DNA of 64,000 nucleotides from Cyanobacteria bacterium P01_D01_bin.156 (GTDB lineage Bacteria; Cyanobacteriota; Cyanobacteriia; Phormidesmidales; Phormidesmidaceae): NCBI GenBank assembly GCA_039024555.1, contig JBCCQQ010000018.1, positions 37,921-101,920 on the forward strand, read 5' to 3'. Shown one piece after another: positions 9,103-20,312 of this stretch (its first letter is position 1; each line of letters begins with the position of its first letter). A program made the position numbers and the translations under genes. The notes below the pieces were generated by a model. The model had not been told where the DNA came from. It was given only the letters and a program-made list of their open reading frames with translations, and did not search any database.

Positions 9103-11472
9103 TTATGTCAGAGGATAGTGTTGCTCCAGATATGTTTCTGCAGATTCTGACGAGGTGATATGACCATCTAGTGCAGCATAGGTTAAGGCTGCGAGTATGG
9201 TTCGATAGAGTGGACCTGGGCAATACCCTAAACGTTGCAGTGCATGGCCATCTATTGGGCATTGGATATGTGCCAACTGTGTGATGTAGTGCCAAACGTA
9301 TGTCCCAATGCGTTTGGGGTGACGCACGCTTACCAGTAAAAGTGTAGGTAAGTCGTAGGCTATCAAGCTCTGATAAATAAAACTATTGCTTGATTTATGT
9401 TGCAGTTTAGTGAGTAAGGTGTTTTCGGTATTGGCGAGTTTCTGTAAGCGTTGAATAGAATGTTGAGGTAACTGTAAGTTGATGGCTATTTGAGCTCGTT
9501 CCTCTACCTGTGCAAGCAAAACCTCCAGTCTTATGAGCCAAGTGGGGGGCTCCATTTCTCGATGATTTAGGTCCTTGATAAACCTCTGTTGCCAGTACCC
9601 CACACGATGTATTTGTCGCCATAGTTCTGGAGCTAAAGCAAGGGATGGGTGCAAACAGCTGAGGGCTCCGAACTTGTCCAGCATTGCTAGGGCTTTCGAC
9701 CAATAGTCTGCTTGAAAAAGATATGAGAGTTCAGCTTTGAGACGAGTTTGTAGCGCAGGTAATGGTTTGTCTTCAGCTTGGAGCCTGGTGTAAATGCCGC
9801 TGTGAATGGCATAACGGATAAACGTTTCGGTTTGAGGGGCCATGACAAAATCCAGTCGTACGGCAAAACGTACGGCCCTGAAAATACGTGTGGGGTCTTC
9901 AATAAAGCTGTTGGCATGAAGTACTCGGACTTGGCGCTGCTGAATATCTACAGTGCCGCCAAAAAAATCTAGCAGTAACCCGGATATAGGCTCTGTTAGA
10001 CGGAGTGCCATGGCGTTTATGGTAAAGTCTCGGCGATAAAGATCCTGTTGGATGGAACTAGGTTCCACCTCTGGGTTGGCTGCTGGGTAAGGGTAAAACT
10101 CAGTCCGAGCTGTAGCAATATCGATTATTAAGGGAGGTTGACCGGGCTCTGCTCGCCAACTTAATGTAGCGGTCTTAAATGCTCCATGTATCCGCAGCTC
10201 AGCGTCGGGATACTCCTGCTGGACTTTCTGCGCCAATACTACTCCCGCTCCATCTACTACAGGTGAATGAAAGCTATCTACGACCAAATCAATATCCTTA
10301 AGGGGGGCAACAGTATCGTCGGAAGCTAGCAATAGGTCTCGGACGGCTCCACCTACAACATAAAGATGCCACCCCTGTTGATGGGCTGCTGTGGCAATTT
10401 GGTTCAGTAACGTCCACAGGTTTTGGGCTGAGAGTACGGTTTGATGAGCTCTTAGCGATGTTTCCAGCCGCCCGTACACTGTGGTTGTTGAATCATTCAG
10501 GTGAGTGTCTTTGGTGGTTTTGGCAGAAGATACTTGTCTAAGCACGTCGCTGCGAGTGACGATGCCCACCAGTTCACCTTTATCAAGTACAGGTAGGCGA
10601 GCGATATCGTAGATCACCATTAGAGACTGAATTTCATGCAGTGGTGTCTTCGGCTCTATGGTTTTGATATCAAGGGTTATATATCCCTGGACTGTTGCAT
10701 CAGTAAATCCGTGGTGTACGGCTAAATCAATATCTCGCTGTGAAATAATGCCTTGGAATTTATTGGTATTACTCACCACACATAGTCCTGAATGGCCGTA
10801 GCGTAGGAAAAGCCGTTGTGCATCTGTCACCGTTGTGTCAGGACGAATGGTCTTCACTGGTGAAGACATCAGATCTTCAGCACTGAGTAAATTTTGGTGG
10901 ATGGTTGATGCCTCTAGTGTTAAGGCCTCAGAAATTATTGTTTGATTAGCTCCTGCCTCCAATAGCCAGGCCAAGGCATGGATATCCCGAGATGTGGTGT
11001 TGATAAGGGCTAATGAGCCCGTACCTTGATGAATCCCCAAGGCCATCACTGTGGCTTGTGTTGGTGAAAGCTTGCTTGCGTTCTCTTGTAAGGACTCCAC
11101 TACTAGAGTTGTCGTAGCACCGACGGCTTCTATGTGGTGATGGCCAGGGAGATCCGCGGAGAGGTCAGTGTGTTTGCTGTAGATTGTAATGGGTAGCTGT
11201 GCTGCGATCGCATGTTCCATCCAAGCTGTTCCTATCCCCAAACAACTGTGCTGATGACAATCCACTAAAGTAAGCGAGCGAAGTATAGAAAGAGGGACTT
11301 GCTGCTGCTCAATGAGGGGGGGATCAGCGTGATGCTGAGCTAAAAACGATTTAATTGCTTGATGTAGCTTTCCTGGTACAACAATTCGACCTTTTGGCCG
11401 TAGACAGGCTATGCCGAGCGCGGCCCCAAATGTGTCCCAGTCTGCATTTGTATGGCAAATAATCAAGTCCAT
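9103..11472 (-). CDS. CBS-domain tRNA nucleotidyltransferase (A-adding type) with degenerate N-terminal DHH domain
   Basis: VGGAVRDLLL, DIDLV, DLYRRDFTINAMA, EDPTRIFRAVRF class II NTase motifs; CBS pair from LMSSPVKTI; DHH-like N-terminus. Confidence 0.9.
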   Translation of the reverse strand: MDLIICHTNADWDTFGAALGIACLRPKGRIVVPGKLHQAIKSFLAQHHADPPLIEQQQVPLSILRSLTLVDCHQHSCLGIGTAWMEHAIAAQLPITIYSKHTDLSADLPGHHHIEAVGATTTLVVESLQENASKLSPTQATVMALGIHQGTGSLALINTTSRDIHALAWLLEAGANQTIISEALTLEASTIHQNLLSAEDLMSSPVKTIRPDTTVTDAQRLFLRYGHSGLCVVSNTNKFQGIISQRDIDLAVHHGFTDATVQGYITLDIKTIEPKTPLHEIQSLMVIYDIARLPVLDKGELVGIVTRSDVLRQVSSAKTTKDTHLNDSTTTVYGRLETSLRAHQTVLSAQNLWTLLNQIATAAHQQGWHLYVVGGAVRDLLLASDDTVAPLKDIDLVVDSFHSPVVDGAGVVLAQKVQQEYPDAELRIHGAFKTATLSWRAEPGQPPLIIDIATARTEFYPYPAANPEVEPSSIQQDLYRRDFTINAMALRLTEPISGLLLDFFGGTVDIQQRQVRVLHANSFIEDPTRIFRAVRFAVRLDFVMAPQTETFIRYAIHSGIYTRLQAEDKPLPALQTRLKAELSYLFQADYWSKALAMLDKFGALSCLHPSLALAPELWRQIHRVGYWQQRFIKDLNHREMEPPTWLIRLEVLLAQVEERAQIAINLQLPQHSIQRLQKLANTENTLLTKLQHKSSNSFIYQSLIAYDLPTLLLVSVRHPKRIGTYVWHYITQLAHIQCPIDGHALQRLGYCPGPLYRTILAALTYAALDGHITSSESAETYLEQHYPLT

Positions 11473-11749
11473 ACCGTATCTATTAATTTTGTCTCAACAG
11501 CAGTTCACATCAAGACCTCAAATTATTAGGCCAAAGAAATTAATCCATCGGATTCAAGGAAAATGCTTTCTTTAGGGGCCTAATGTTTGATAGCTTACTA
11601 ATCAGGATGAGCGGTGCTCCATACTGTATCACCGTCAATATTAAGAGGCTTCTCCAAGTCTAGGTTTGAAGTCCCGCCGGATTAGCGTTACAGATTTTTA
11701 CTGAAACGTAATTTAATCAAATATTTTGCTGTCTTGAGAGTAGCGAGTT

Positions 11750-11938
11750 ATGTCTATCCTGTTCCAACTGTTTTTATTTGTTCTGGTAGTTTGGTCTTTT
11801 GTAATGGTGATTGGGGTTCCCGTTGCTTACGCTTCACCCCAAAACTGGGAACAATCCAAACGACTAATTTTCCTAGGCTCAATTATTTGGGGTGTTCTCG
11901 TAATTGTAGTGGGTAGCTTGAATTACTTGGTTGTCTGA
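11750..11938 (+). CDS. psbZ: Photosystem II reaction centre protein Z
   Basis: 62 aa, two TM helices, [14 protein letters not shown] motif. Confidence 0.95.
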   Translation: MSILFQLFLFVLVVWSFVMVIGVPVAYASPQNWEQSKRLIFLGSIIWGVLVIVVGSLNYLVV

Positions 11939-12168
11939 GACAGCCCATATCCCTATTTAGCGGAATGCCTGCTTTTATTGACTTTACTGTTTGCAGGGCA
12001 ATCATTAGTAACGTCTGATTGTCTTGCAACTATTTGCGCAAACTGCTAGAGGCCATTGCCAGTAACTTCAACCATAGGGGTGTATGAAAACTTGGCAAGA
12101 CCCGCAATATATGCGATCAGGTGGTAAGGTCATAGACCTACCACCTGCTTTTTTCAATAGAGTATCCC

Positions 12169-12714
12169 ATGGCTGTTTTTGAAGGAAATTTTGACCGTGC
12201 TCGCAATGCAAAGTTTGCAATTGTGATTGGTCGGTTTAATGACCTGGTTACTAACAAATTGTTAGAGGGGTGTCAGGACTGTCTGAAACGTCATGGTGTA
12301 AACATCGACCCCCATGGTAGTCAGGTGGACTATGCATGGGTGCCTGGCAGCTTTGAAGTAGCTCTGGTTGCGCGACAACTAGCCCTCAGCGGTCGGTATA
12401 ACGCCATCATTTGTTTGGGCGCAGTTATTCGAGGCCAAACTCCTCATTTTGATTATGTTGCTGCTGAAGTATCTAAAGGGATTGCAGCCGCTGGTTTTCA
12501 AACGGGTGTGCCAGTGGTGTTCGGTATCCTTACAACGGATTCCATGCAACAGGCCCTGGAAAGAGCCGGCATTAAAAGTAACCTTGGTTGGAACTATGCC
12601 ATGAGTGCTTTAGAAATGGCTAGCCTTATGGTTCAGCTACCCCAAGCACAGAATACTCTAGACATGCCTAAGGTCGTGCCACAATTACCGACGGCAGCAG
12701 ATGCTCAGGGGTAA
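12169..12714 (+). CDS. ribH: 6,7-dimethyl-8-ribityllumazine synthase
   Basis: [33 protein letters not shown]. Confidence 0.97.
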   Translation: MAVFEGNFDRARNAKFAIVIGRFNDLVTNKLLEGCQDCLKRHGVNIDPHGSQVDYAWVPGSFEVALVARQLALSGRYNAIICLGAVIRGQTPHFDYVAAEVSKGIAAAGFQTGVPVVFGILTTDSMQQALERAGIKSNLGWNYAMSALEMASLMVQLPQAQNTLDMPKVVPQLPTAADAQG

Positions 12715-12901
12715 ATTAATCAAACAAAATGATGGAACCCTAGTCTAATTTTTTATCTTGGTTGATCTCCGTTTTATTGGGGCTTGAGGATATGGGGTGA
12801 GGGCAGCTTAGCTTTTCTATAAGATTCTGACTCTGCCCAGAACTAGTTTGACAAAGAAAAGCGTTCTATGGCATTCTGAATAAGGTCAAAACAAGGCAAA
12901 T

Positions 12902-12973
12902 GCGGGTGTAGCTCAGTGGTAGAGCGTCACCTTGCCAAGGTGAATGTCGCGCGTTCGAATCGCGTCACCCGCT
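12902..12973 (+). tRNA. tRNA-Gly (GCC), CCA not encoded
   Basis: GCGGGTG acceptor stem pairs with CACCCGC; D arm AGCTCAGTGGTAGAGC; anticodon arm CACCT-TGCCA-AGGTG; T loop GTTCGAAT. Confidence 0.97.
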
Positions 12974-13198
12974 TAATCGTAAGAAGTCTTTCATAGAATA
13001 TTAATATCTTAAAAGGCTCGCTTGTTTTGTAGTGCAGCCTACATGTATGGCAAACCTGCGGTTACGCTATATGTGAACTGAGTAGAGATAAATTTTGGTG
13101 CGATAAAGCATCTGGTTTTTATCGGTTCTAGCTGATTTAGACTGATCTAGAATACTGGCGTTGACGGTCGTCTCCAGTGCTTTGGTACTGTGCTGTTC

Positions 13199-14080
13199 TT
13201 AAAGGCTGGCCATTTCAAAAGTTTTTAATTCTTTCAAGTCCAGTACCATTCCTTCACGGGCCACAATGCTATTCGGAAATTCAGCCGATGTCTTGTTCCC
13301 AATATCATCCATAAAGTCATCGTCATGTAAGGGGTCGTGGTGGAATACCACTAACTTTTTAACGTTTGCAGCCTTAGCTATTTTTACCGCCTCTTGCCAA
13401 GTAGAGTGACCCCAACCTACCTTACTGCTGGTGGCCGAATTATATTCTGCATCTGTATAGGTGCAGTCATAAATCATGACATCGGCGTTTTGCGCTAGGT
13501 ATAGAACATTTTCATCTAACCGGTCTGGAAAGTGTTCTGTATCAGTAATGTAGGCAGCGACCAACCCATTCCACTCAACTCGATATCCTACAGCTTCCCC
13601 TGGATGATTGAGTAAGGCATTCGTGACATCAATGTCCCCAATGGCAATGCTCTCCCCGATAGATAAGTCACAAAATTTTAGCTGTGCCTGCATAATTTGC
13701 AGAGGTACCGGAAAATTGGGATGCAACATTTGATCGTTTAAGCGTTGCTCGATGGTAGCTCCATTGGGAGCAATGACGCCGTAAACCTCAAACTGATTGC
13801 TCGGTAAAAACGCTGGTACAAAAAATGGAAAACCTTGAATATGATCCCAATGGGAGTGAGTGAAAAATAAACTCGCCTGTACTGGATTGCCTTCCATCAG
13901 AAGATGCTGGCCTAACTCCCTCAATCCGGTGCCACCATCAAAAATTAGACGCTCACCGTTGACCCGCATTTCAATGCAAGAGGTATTGCCGCCATAGCGC
14001 ACTGTTTCTGGACCAGGGCAAGGAATACTTCCTCGTACACCCCAAAAATGAATCGTAAATTGAGAATTCGAGTCGGACAT
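13199..14080 (-). CDS. Metallo-beta-lactamase fold hydrolase (RNase Z / phosphodiesterase-like)
   Basis: WGVRGS, YGGNTSC, THSHWDHIQG, TDTE, GWGHS, FHHDP. Confidence 0.9.
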   Translation of the reverse strand: MSDSNSQFTIHFWGVRGSIPCPGPETVRYGGNTSCIEMRVNGERLIFDGGTGLRELGQHLLMEGNPVQASLFFTHSHWDHIQGFPFFVPAFLPSNQFEVYGVIAPNGATIEQRLNDQMLHPNFPVPLQIMQAQLKFCDLSIGESIAIGDIDVTNALLNHPGEAVGYRVEWNGLVAAYITDTEHFPDRLDENVLYLAQNADVMIYDCTYTDAEYNSATSSKVGWGHSTWQEAVKIAKAANVKKLVVFHHDPLHDDDFMDDIGNKTSAEFPNSIVAREGMVLDLKELKTFEMASL

Positions 14081-14411
14081 CAGTGGCTAGTAATGACGTT
14101 AATGAGGGACGCGAACGGAGAGCTTAATAGCCTTAGCTGATTTGAGAAAACCTATTAGCGCGACGCATTACCCTGTTTTCTAAATCAACAGGAACGATCA
14201 GGAATCATCCTAGTACCCATTGATTTCTTGCAAATATGTCGCCCTAAGCTGCCTTCGTTAAGCGGATGAAGGGCTCTATTGATTTGCATTTCGGCCTTTA
14301 AATTAAAAATAGAATTCGTACATTATTGCAATATCGGAAGCTTATCTTAAAGATTAAGTCATCTTGTTTACAGCCAGTTTGCCCAAAGCAGTAGTAAAAA
14401 TTAGGCGTGCA

Positions 14412-15224
14412 TCAGAACAAAGTTAGTTCAGATAGATCGTTATAGGCTGTGAGGTCATAGTGTAAAGGGGTGACAGTGACATATCGGTCTTTGATAGCCT
14501 TTACATCTGTGGGGAATGCGGTCATGAATGCCTTATTTTGTGAATTATTCAGACTATTGGGTAATCCATTAAAAAAATCGTTTTCGCTTTCCTCTATGAC
14601 TTCCCCTGCTAACCAATAGTAAGTTTTGCCACGAGGATCAACTCGTTTTTCAAATAGGTCACGATAGCGTCTAACGCCAAGGCGAGCTAAAGTCACTCCC
14701 TGAATTTTTGCTTTGGATATAGGGGGAATATTGAGGTTAAGTAATAGCGGTTGTTTTAGTTGAGCAAGTCTGAGTACAAATTTTCCCGCATAATCTGCTG
14801 CTAGGTCGAAGTCAGGGTAGTTAAAGCTAGCTAGGCTGATTGCCAAACTGGGGATACCTTCCAGTAAGCCCTCCATGGCCGCTGATACAGTGCCAGAATA
14901 CAGAACGTCATTGCCTAAATTGGCTCCATGATTAATACCTGACAGTACGCAGTCAGGTGGGTGGTCCAAGAGTGCATCCAGGGCTAGTTTGACACAGTCT
15001 GCAGGAGTCCCTGAACACGCCCAAGCTTGAATGGTGTCGTGATAGACAGAAGAAACTTGTTCAACACGAATGGGCTGATGCATTGTAATGCCATGGCCTG
15101 TAGCAGAACGCTCTCGATCGGGACAGACGACGGTCACATTATGACCCGCTTTAGCTAGGCCATGGGCAAGGGTTCGAATTCCCTTGGCAAAAATGCCGTC
15201 ATCGTTGCTAATTAATAGTTTCAT
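14412..15224 (-). CDS. surE: 5'/3'-nucleotidase SurE
   Basis: [32 protein letters not shown]. Confidence 0.96.
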   Translation of the reverse strand: MKLLISNDDGIFAKGIRTLAHGLAKAGHNVTVVCPDRERSATGHGITMHQPIRVEQVSSVYHDTIQAWACSGTPADCVKLALDALLDHPPDCVLSGINHGANLGNDVLYSGTVSAAMEGLLEGIPSLAISLASFNYPDFDLAADYAGKFVLRLAQLKQPLLLNLNIPPISKAKIQGVTLARLGVRRYRDLFEKRVDPRGKTYYWLAGEVIEESENDFFNGLPNSLNNSQNKAFMTAFPTDVKAIKDRYVTVTPLHYDLTAYNDLSELTLF

Positions 15225-15309
15225 GGGGGATCAAAACTTCGGTGTAGACTAAGGAGTGGCCCTAAAGCCTATTTCCTTTTCGCCTTCTTCGTTTTCACTT
15301 TTTGCCGAT

Positions 15310-16302
15310 ATGACCACTGATCTAGAGCAGCAACTGAGCAACCTACAGCAAGAAGCTAATGACGAGATTGCAACCTTGAGCAGCCTAAATGATCTTGATC
15401 AGTTTCGGGTTGGCTATTTTGGGAAAAAGGGTAAGCTTTCCAAAATCTTGGGGGGCATGGGCAAGCTTTCTCCTGAGGATCGGCCTCGTATTGGTGCTCT
15501 GGCCAATCAAGTTAAAACGGCGCTTCAAACCAGTATTGATGCCCGCAAGACCGCTTTACAAGAGTCTCAGATTCAAGCTCAGTTAGACGCTGAAACTCTT
15601 GATGTATCAATGCCTGGAACTTACCTACCCCAGGGACGTATTCATCCTATCAACAGTATTATTGATCAAATTACAGATATTTTTGTTGGCCTTGGTTACA
15701 CGGTGGCAAGTGGGCCTGAAATTGAAGAAGACTATTACAATTTTGAAGCGCTCAACTTTTTGCCCGATCATCCGGCTCGGGATATGCAGGATACCCTCTA
15801 TTTGCCTAATGGCAAGCTGATGCGTACCCATACGTCCAACACACAAATTCGCTACATGGAAAACCATGAGCCTCCACTACGGGCATTAGCCACAGGACGA
15901 TGCTATCGACGGGATACGGTGGATGCTACCCATGCGGCTGTTTTCCATCAAATTGAGTTTTTTGCAGTTGATAAAAATATTACCTTTGCTGATTTGCGGG
16001 GGACAATTCAACTGTTTTTAGAAGCTCTCTTTGGTGATATTGAAGTGCGTCTTCGCCCGAGCTATTTTCCGTTTACTGAACCTTCTGCGGAAGTGGATGT
16101 GAAGTGGAATGGTAAGTGGTTAGAAGTATTGGGCTGTGGAATGATTGACCCCAATGTGCTGAAGTCCGTTGGCTATGACCCTGAGGTCTACAGTGGCTTT
16201 GCTGCCGGTCTTGGTGTAGAACGTCTGGCTATGGTGCAAAGCCAAATTGATGATATTCGTCGTCTATATGCAAGCGATTTACGCTTTCTAAAACAGTTTT
16301 AG
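15310..16302 (+). CDS. pheS: Phenylalanine--tRNA ligase alpha subunit
   Basis: [35 protein letters not shown]; start placed at ATG 15310 (ORF track starts at 15256). Confidence 0.96.
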   Translation: MTTDLEQQLSNLQQEANDEIATLSSLNDLDQFRVGYFGKKGKLSKILGGMGKLSPEDRPRIGALANQVKTALQTSIDARKTALQESQIQAQLDAETLDVSMPGTYLPQGRIHPINSIIDQITDIFVGLGYTVASGPEIEEDYYNFEALNFLPDHPARDMQDTLYLPNGKLMRTHTSNTQIRYMENHEPPLRALATGRCYRRDTVDATHAAVFHQIEFFAVDKNITFADLRGTIQLFLEALFGDIEVRLRPSYFPFTEPSAEVDVKWNGKWLEVLGCGMIDPNVLKSVGYDPEVYSGFAAGLGVERLAMVQSQIDDIRRLYASDLRFLKQF

Positions 16303-16342
16303 TTCATTTTCAATTTTTGAAAATCTCTGATTTTTGCCAATA

Positions 16343-16387
16343 CAAAAAGCGCTAGTCAAGACATCCTGCCTTGACTAGCGTTTTTTG
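16343..16387. terminator. Bidirectional intrinsic terminator between convergent pheS and msrA
   Basis: CGCTAGTCAAG / CTTGACTAGCG stem flanked by A-run and T-run. Confidence 0.8.
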
Positions 16388-16414
16388 TACATGAAACTGT
16401 CTAGCGGTATGCGA

Positions 16415-17089
16415 CTAGCTTTCAGTCGATACGCCAACACCGATAGGGCAAGCGATGTTGGTGCCACCCAGACCACAGTAGCCACCTGGGTTCTTAGCTA
16501 AATACTGCTGATGATAATCTTCAGCATAATAAAACTCAGGAGCATCTAAAATCTCAGTGGTGATTTCGCCCAACCCCGCCTGGCTAAGAGCTGCCTGATA
16601 CATGGCTAAAGATGCTTCAGCAGTGGCTTTTTGTTCGGAAGAATACGTGTAGATACCGGAACGATACTGGGTGCCTACATCGTTCCCTTGGCGCATTCCT
16701 TGAGTAGGGTTATGACTTTCCCAAAAAACCTTGAGAAGTTGCTCATAGCTAATTGCATTAGGATCAAATACTACCAGCACTACTTCGTTGTGCCCCGTCA
16801 TTCCCGAACATACTTCGCGGTATGTGGGATTCGGTGTATGACCAGCACTATAGCCTACTGCTGTTGAAAATACGCCTTCTTGTTGCCAAAAACGGCGCTC
16901 AGCTCCCCAAAAACAGCCCAAGCCAAACATTGCCATCTGTAAACCTGCAGGAAAAGGACGCTGCAAGGGATTCCCGTTAACATAATGCTGCTGAGGAACA
17001 GGCATTTTCTCGGAACGGCCTGGTAATGCCTCGGAAGCGGAGGGCATCGTAGCTTTTTTGCCTAAACCACCAAGTCCAAAAAACACCAT
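16415..17089 (-). CDS. msrA: Peptide methionine sulfoxide reductase A
   Basis: GCFWGAE active site, [24 protein letters not shown]. Confidence 0.96.
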   Translation of the reverse strand: MVFFGLGGLGKKATMPSASEALPGRSEKMPVPQQHYVNGNPLQRPFPAGLQMAMFGLGCFWGAERRFWQQEGVFSTAVGYSAGHTPNPTYREVCSGMTGHNEVVLVVFDPNAISYEQLLKVFWESHNPTQGMRQGNDVGTQYRSGIYTYSSEQKATAEASLAMYQAALSQAGLGEITTEILDAPEFYYAEDYHQQYLAKNPGGYCGLGGTNIACPIGVGVSTES

Positions 17090-17284
17090 AAATTTGTAAG
17101 AAATGTAAAAACATTGATACCTCTAGTGTACTCAATCCAGATGGCAACCGTGGTTGGATCGGTTGAGTTGTTAGAAGTTCTGACTTGTGTTCATTTCTCA
17201 AGCCAATCCCAAAACAGTAATTGCCTGCTGATAAACCAGAAGGCAATTATTAAGTGGGCAGCGGGTGTAGGGCTATGTAAGTAA

Positions 17285-17617
17285 CTATTGGATGACGCTT
17301 GCCTCAAAAGCAGCGCGATCAGCAAATACTTCAAAGACTCGGTCCATGCTTGTTAATTCAAACAGCATACGAATTTGCTCGTTGATGGAGCAAATATACA
17401 TTTTGCACTCAGTGGCACGAGCATTTTTCAAGCATGCAACTAAAACGCCCAGTCCTGAGCTGTCCACAAAGGTAACCTGGTTGAGGTCAACTAACAGTAC
17501 CTTGGTTCCTTTTTCGAGAGCTTGCTCAACTTGTTCGCGGAATGCAGTGGTCTGGGTACCGTCTAAAATGCCTTCGGGCTCAATTACATGAACACCTAAG
17601 TCCATAGAGATTGTCAT
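17285..17617 (-). CDS. STAS-domain anti-sigma factor antagonist
   Basis: VDLNQVTFVDSSGLGVL phosphoserine motif. Confidence 0.9.
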   Translation of the reverse strand: MTISMDLGVHVIEPEGILDGTQTTAFREQVEQALEKGTKVLLVDLNQVTFVDSSGLGVLVACLKNARATECKMYICSINEQIRMLFELTSMDRVFEVFADRAAFEASVIQ

Positions 17618-17773
17618 GGCTAAATATCAGTAACTTATAGTTTAGCTTTGCAGATGTTCAAAACTAGCATTTTTGATGGGTTCGACATTTCCTGTCGATG
17701 GTCCTAACAAGCAAGAGCATTCTTTGTCCACTTCAGCAAGGCTGCCACTAGAGGGCACCCATGGGTAGAATAC

Positions 17774-19399
17774 CTATCTCTTCAATAAAACCGAAATGGT
17801 TCCGGTTGATTGATGCTTAGTATGTACGTCGCTAGTAAACGCGATCGCATCAATCGATTGCACCCATGGCTTCACAATGGGTTGAACCAATGAAAACCAG
17901 CGATTCCTATTTAAAAGACGCTCCATTTCGTTCCAAGTTCCATAGATATATGCTGGATGCTTAGGATCAATTGTCTGCATCACGCGTTGAAACCGTTGGG
18001 TCAGCAGCAGCGGTTGCTCTGGGGCTGCTAGGGCAGCTGTTAGGCTACTCAAGGATGTAGCAAACACATAACAACCGGCATCAACATTTGTACGCAAGGC
18101 CAGCAGGTCTGTTTCCACTGTTGTTTCTCGATTGAGATTTCCCTGATAAAGTTTTGTTTTTAATCGACTCCATGCTGTTACAGTATGCCCGTCTAGGGTA
18201 AATTGGCTAACCGTTAAACCTTCCTCAGTAGCGATTGTATCCAGCTGATGAGCAACTCTAGGGTCAGCCGGAGATGTCACCATAAGCCAGGCACCATCGT
18301 CTAATTGCCCTATACCGTAATCATTGGCTAATAATTCGCCTAGGGGATTAGTCAGTTTTTTACCTAACTCGGTGGTTCTCCATTGCTGGGCTTGCTGTAA
18401 AAAAGAGGGTAGCTTTTGATAGTGATTGAGCTCTATTTGGAGCTTTTCCATCCACCAGGAGGTTAAATCATTCCCTATGGCTACCCATGCCATGGAATTC
18501 GGCAAATACTTCTGTAGGCTGACGTTTTGAGCTCCTGCCTCGAATTCTGTAATACTGGTCGACACCTGTGCTCCTAGGTTGGTCAGCTGAGTTTTAAGCG
18601 TAATTCCTTGAGAATTTGGCTCTGCTACTGCGGTTAACTGTTGCCAATATTGATTTTCCAGTAAGCTTGGCTCATCAGGTGCTGCTACGCCTAACCAATC
18701 AATCACAGCTGGAATACGTAAGGTGAGCCAAAAGGGGACGCAACAATCAGGTCCTGATAGTTGTAACTTTGGTGTCTGGGCCACGCGCAGACTTTGGCGC
18801 ACTATCTGAATACTATTACCGATTATTAAAGTATGGTCTCCAACAATCGCAGTCGATAATTGGTGGAATGTTTGGTTAATGGGACCTGAAATAATCGGTA
18901 CTCCGTTAGCCCGAGTAAAACTCAGTTTTGAGCCCGCGACTGACTGATGCTGCCAAAACAGTTCTAAAACTTCTCTTAGTCTTTCGCTATCAGAAATATC
19001 AGCAACTAGTAAATAACCTACCCGTTGTGCATTGTGATTGCTGGGATTTAAGCTGTGGTCGGTAATCGCTAAGGCAATATGAGAACCGAGCCAAGGAAAA
19101 ACCTCGTCTCTAAGATTAATATCTAGAGAAATTAGCAGGTCATCTAACTGTTCGAGTACCCTATTCCCCAAGAATGACGTTTGTTTAGGAAGTATGTCAT
19201 CTGGCGCAAGGACTGTGGCAATTAATGCTTGGCGAGGAATAAAATCTGTGATTTGGCTGTTGTTTTGAGTGATGAAAGATTGCTGGGGAGTGGTAAATCT
19301 CTGACTACAGCTGGTTACCCATAGGCCAATGCACACTAATGCGATCGCACAGAAGTAGCGGCTAGCTCGCCAAATCCAACTCACCATAGAGGAATACAC
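17774..19399 (-). CDS. DUF3352-like cyanobacterial membrane/lipoprotein
   Basis: N-terminal hydrophobic signal ending in Cys; FIPRQA...EVFPWLG pattern; located next to lexA/sigA. Confidence 0.6.
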   Translation of the reverse strand: MYSSMVSWIWRASRYFCAIALVCIGLWVTSCSQRFTTPQQSFITQNNSQITDFIPRQALIATVLAPDDILPKQTSFLGNRVLEQLDDLLISLDINLRDEVFPWLGSHIALAITDHSLNPSNHNAQRVGYLLVADISDSERLREVLELFWQHQSVAGSKLSFTRANGVPIISGPINQTFHQLSTAIVGDHTLIIGNSIQIVRQSLRVAQTPKLQLSGPDCCVPFWLTLRIPAVIDWLGVAAPDEPSLLENQYWQQLTAVAEPNSQGITLKTQLTNLGAQVSTSITEFEAGAQNVSLQKYLPNSMAWVAIGNDLTSWWMEKLQIELNHYQKLPSFLQQAQQWRTTELGKKLTNPLGELLANDYGIGQLDDGAWLMVTSPADPRVAHQLDTIATEEGLTVSQFTLDGHTVTAWSRLKTKLYQGNLNRETTVETDLLALRTNVDAGCYVFATSLSSLTAALAAPEQPLLLTQRFQRVMQTIDPKHPAYIYGTWNEMERLLNRNRWFSLVQPIVKPWVQSIDAIAFTSDVHTKHQSTGTISVLLKR

Positions 19400-19483
19400 C
19401 CAATCCCATGAAACTCTAGTTTAATCGAGTAAGTCCATAGAGCTGAATTGTGCTCTGTTATAGTGAGCGGGCAGAATGCTGAC

Positions 19484-20089
19484 TTAACTGAGATCCTGAC
19501 TGCGCCATACGGCTAATAGTCGTCCTTGAATATCGACCTCTTGAGCAGGATAAATCATCGGCTCGTAGTTAGGGTTAGCGGGTTTGAGGACTATGCTCTC
19601 CCCTTCACGATGTAGATACTTTAATGTCGTTGCACTTTCTACACGTGCAGCCACAATAGTGCCATTCTTAATAGTTTGAGGATCTTCTATAGGACGCATA
19701 ATTACATAATCCCCATCATCAATTAGCGCTTCCACCATACTGTCTCCCCGGACTCGCAAAGCATAGTCACGAGCCTTTAGCGGTAGGGACGATAAATCAA
19801 GTCGTTCTTCGGCGACATCTGTAAAAGCTTCCACCATTGAACCAGCCGCAATGGTTCCTTTAACGGGTACCCCTGCCCCTTGTACGATACGAATTGTTCT
19901 AGCTTTTCCTTCATTCCAATCGATATACCCTTTTTTGCGTAGATGATCGAGGCGGCTTTGAATAGGAGCTGGTGACTTTAGACCCATTGCGCGCATCATC
20001 TGCCGAATAGATGGGGAATGTTGGTGGGTACGAATGTAATTAGTTAACCAGTTGTAAAGCTCCTCTTGAGCATTGGTAAGAGGTTCCAT
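19484..20089 (-). CDS. lexA: LexA repressor
   Basis: HSPSIRQM winged HTH, IAAG cleavage site, GDSM catalytic Ser, TLK catalytic Lys. Confidence 0.95.
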   Translation of the reverse strand: MEPLTNAQEELYNWLTNYIRTHQHSPSIRQMMRAMGLKSPAPIQSRLDHLRKKGYIDWNEGKARTIRIVQGAGVPVKGTIAAGSMVEAFTDVAEERLDLSSLPLKARDYALRVRGDSMVEALIDDGDYVIMRPIEDPQTIKNGTIVAARVESATTLKYLHREGESIVLKPANPNYEPMIYPAQEVDIQGRLLAVWRSQDLS

Positions 20090-20115
20090 GGGTTACTGAT
20101 AAGATAAGCCATAAG

Positions 20116-20149
20116 GGAACAAGCGTACCCCTATAAGAACAACAGTACC
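20116..20149 (-). promoter_or_regulatory. Two cyanobacterial LexA boxes upstream of lexA
   Basis: Minus strand GGTACTGTTGTTCT (20136-20149) and GGTACGCTTGTTCC (20116-20129) both fit RGTACNNNDGTWCB. Confidence 0.85.
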
Positions 20150-20242
20150 AACAGTTGATAAGTTTGTCCACTGACTTGGTTATAGTCACCTGAGTAGGCT
20201 TAGCAGAGCAAACACACTATCAAATGGCTCTCGCACAAAAGT

Positions 20243-20282
20243 AAAAAAGTAGGTTTGGCAAATTTGCCAAACCTACTTTTTT
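20243..20282. terminator. Perfect 40-bp palindrome, probable sigA terminator; GTAG...CTAC REP-like core
   Basis: AAAAAAGTAGGTTTGGCAAA|TTTGCCAAACCTACTTTTTT, 30 bp past the sigA stop. Confidence 0.8.
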
Positions 20283-20312
20283 TAAAATTTAAACTTTTGT
20301 CTTTATATCAGA

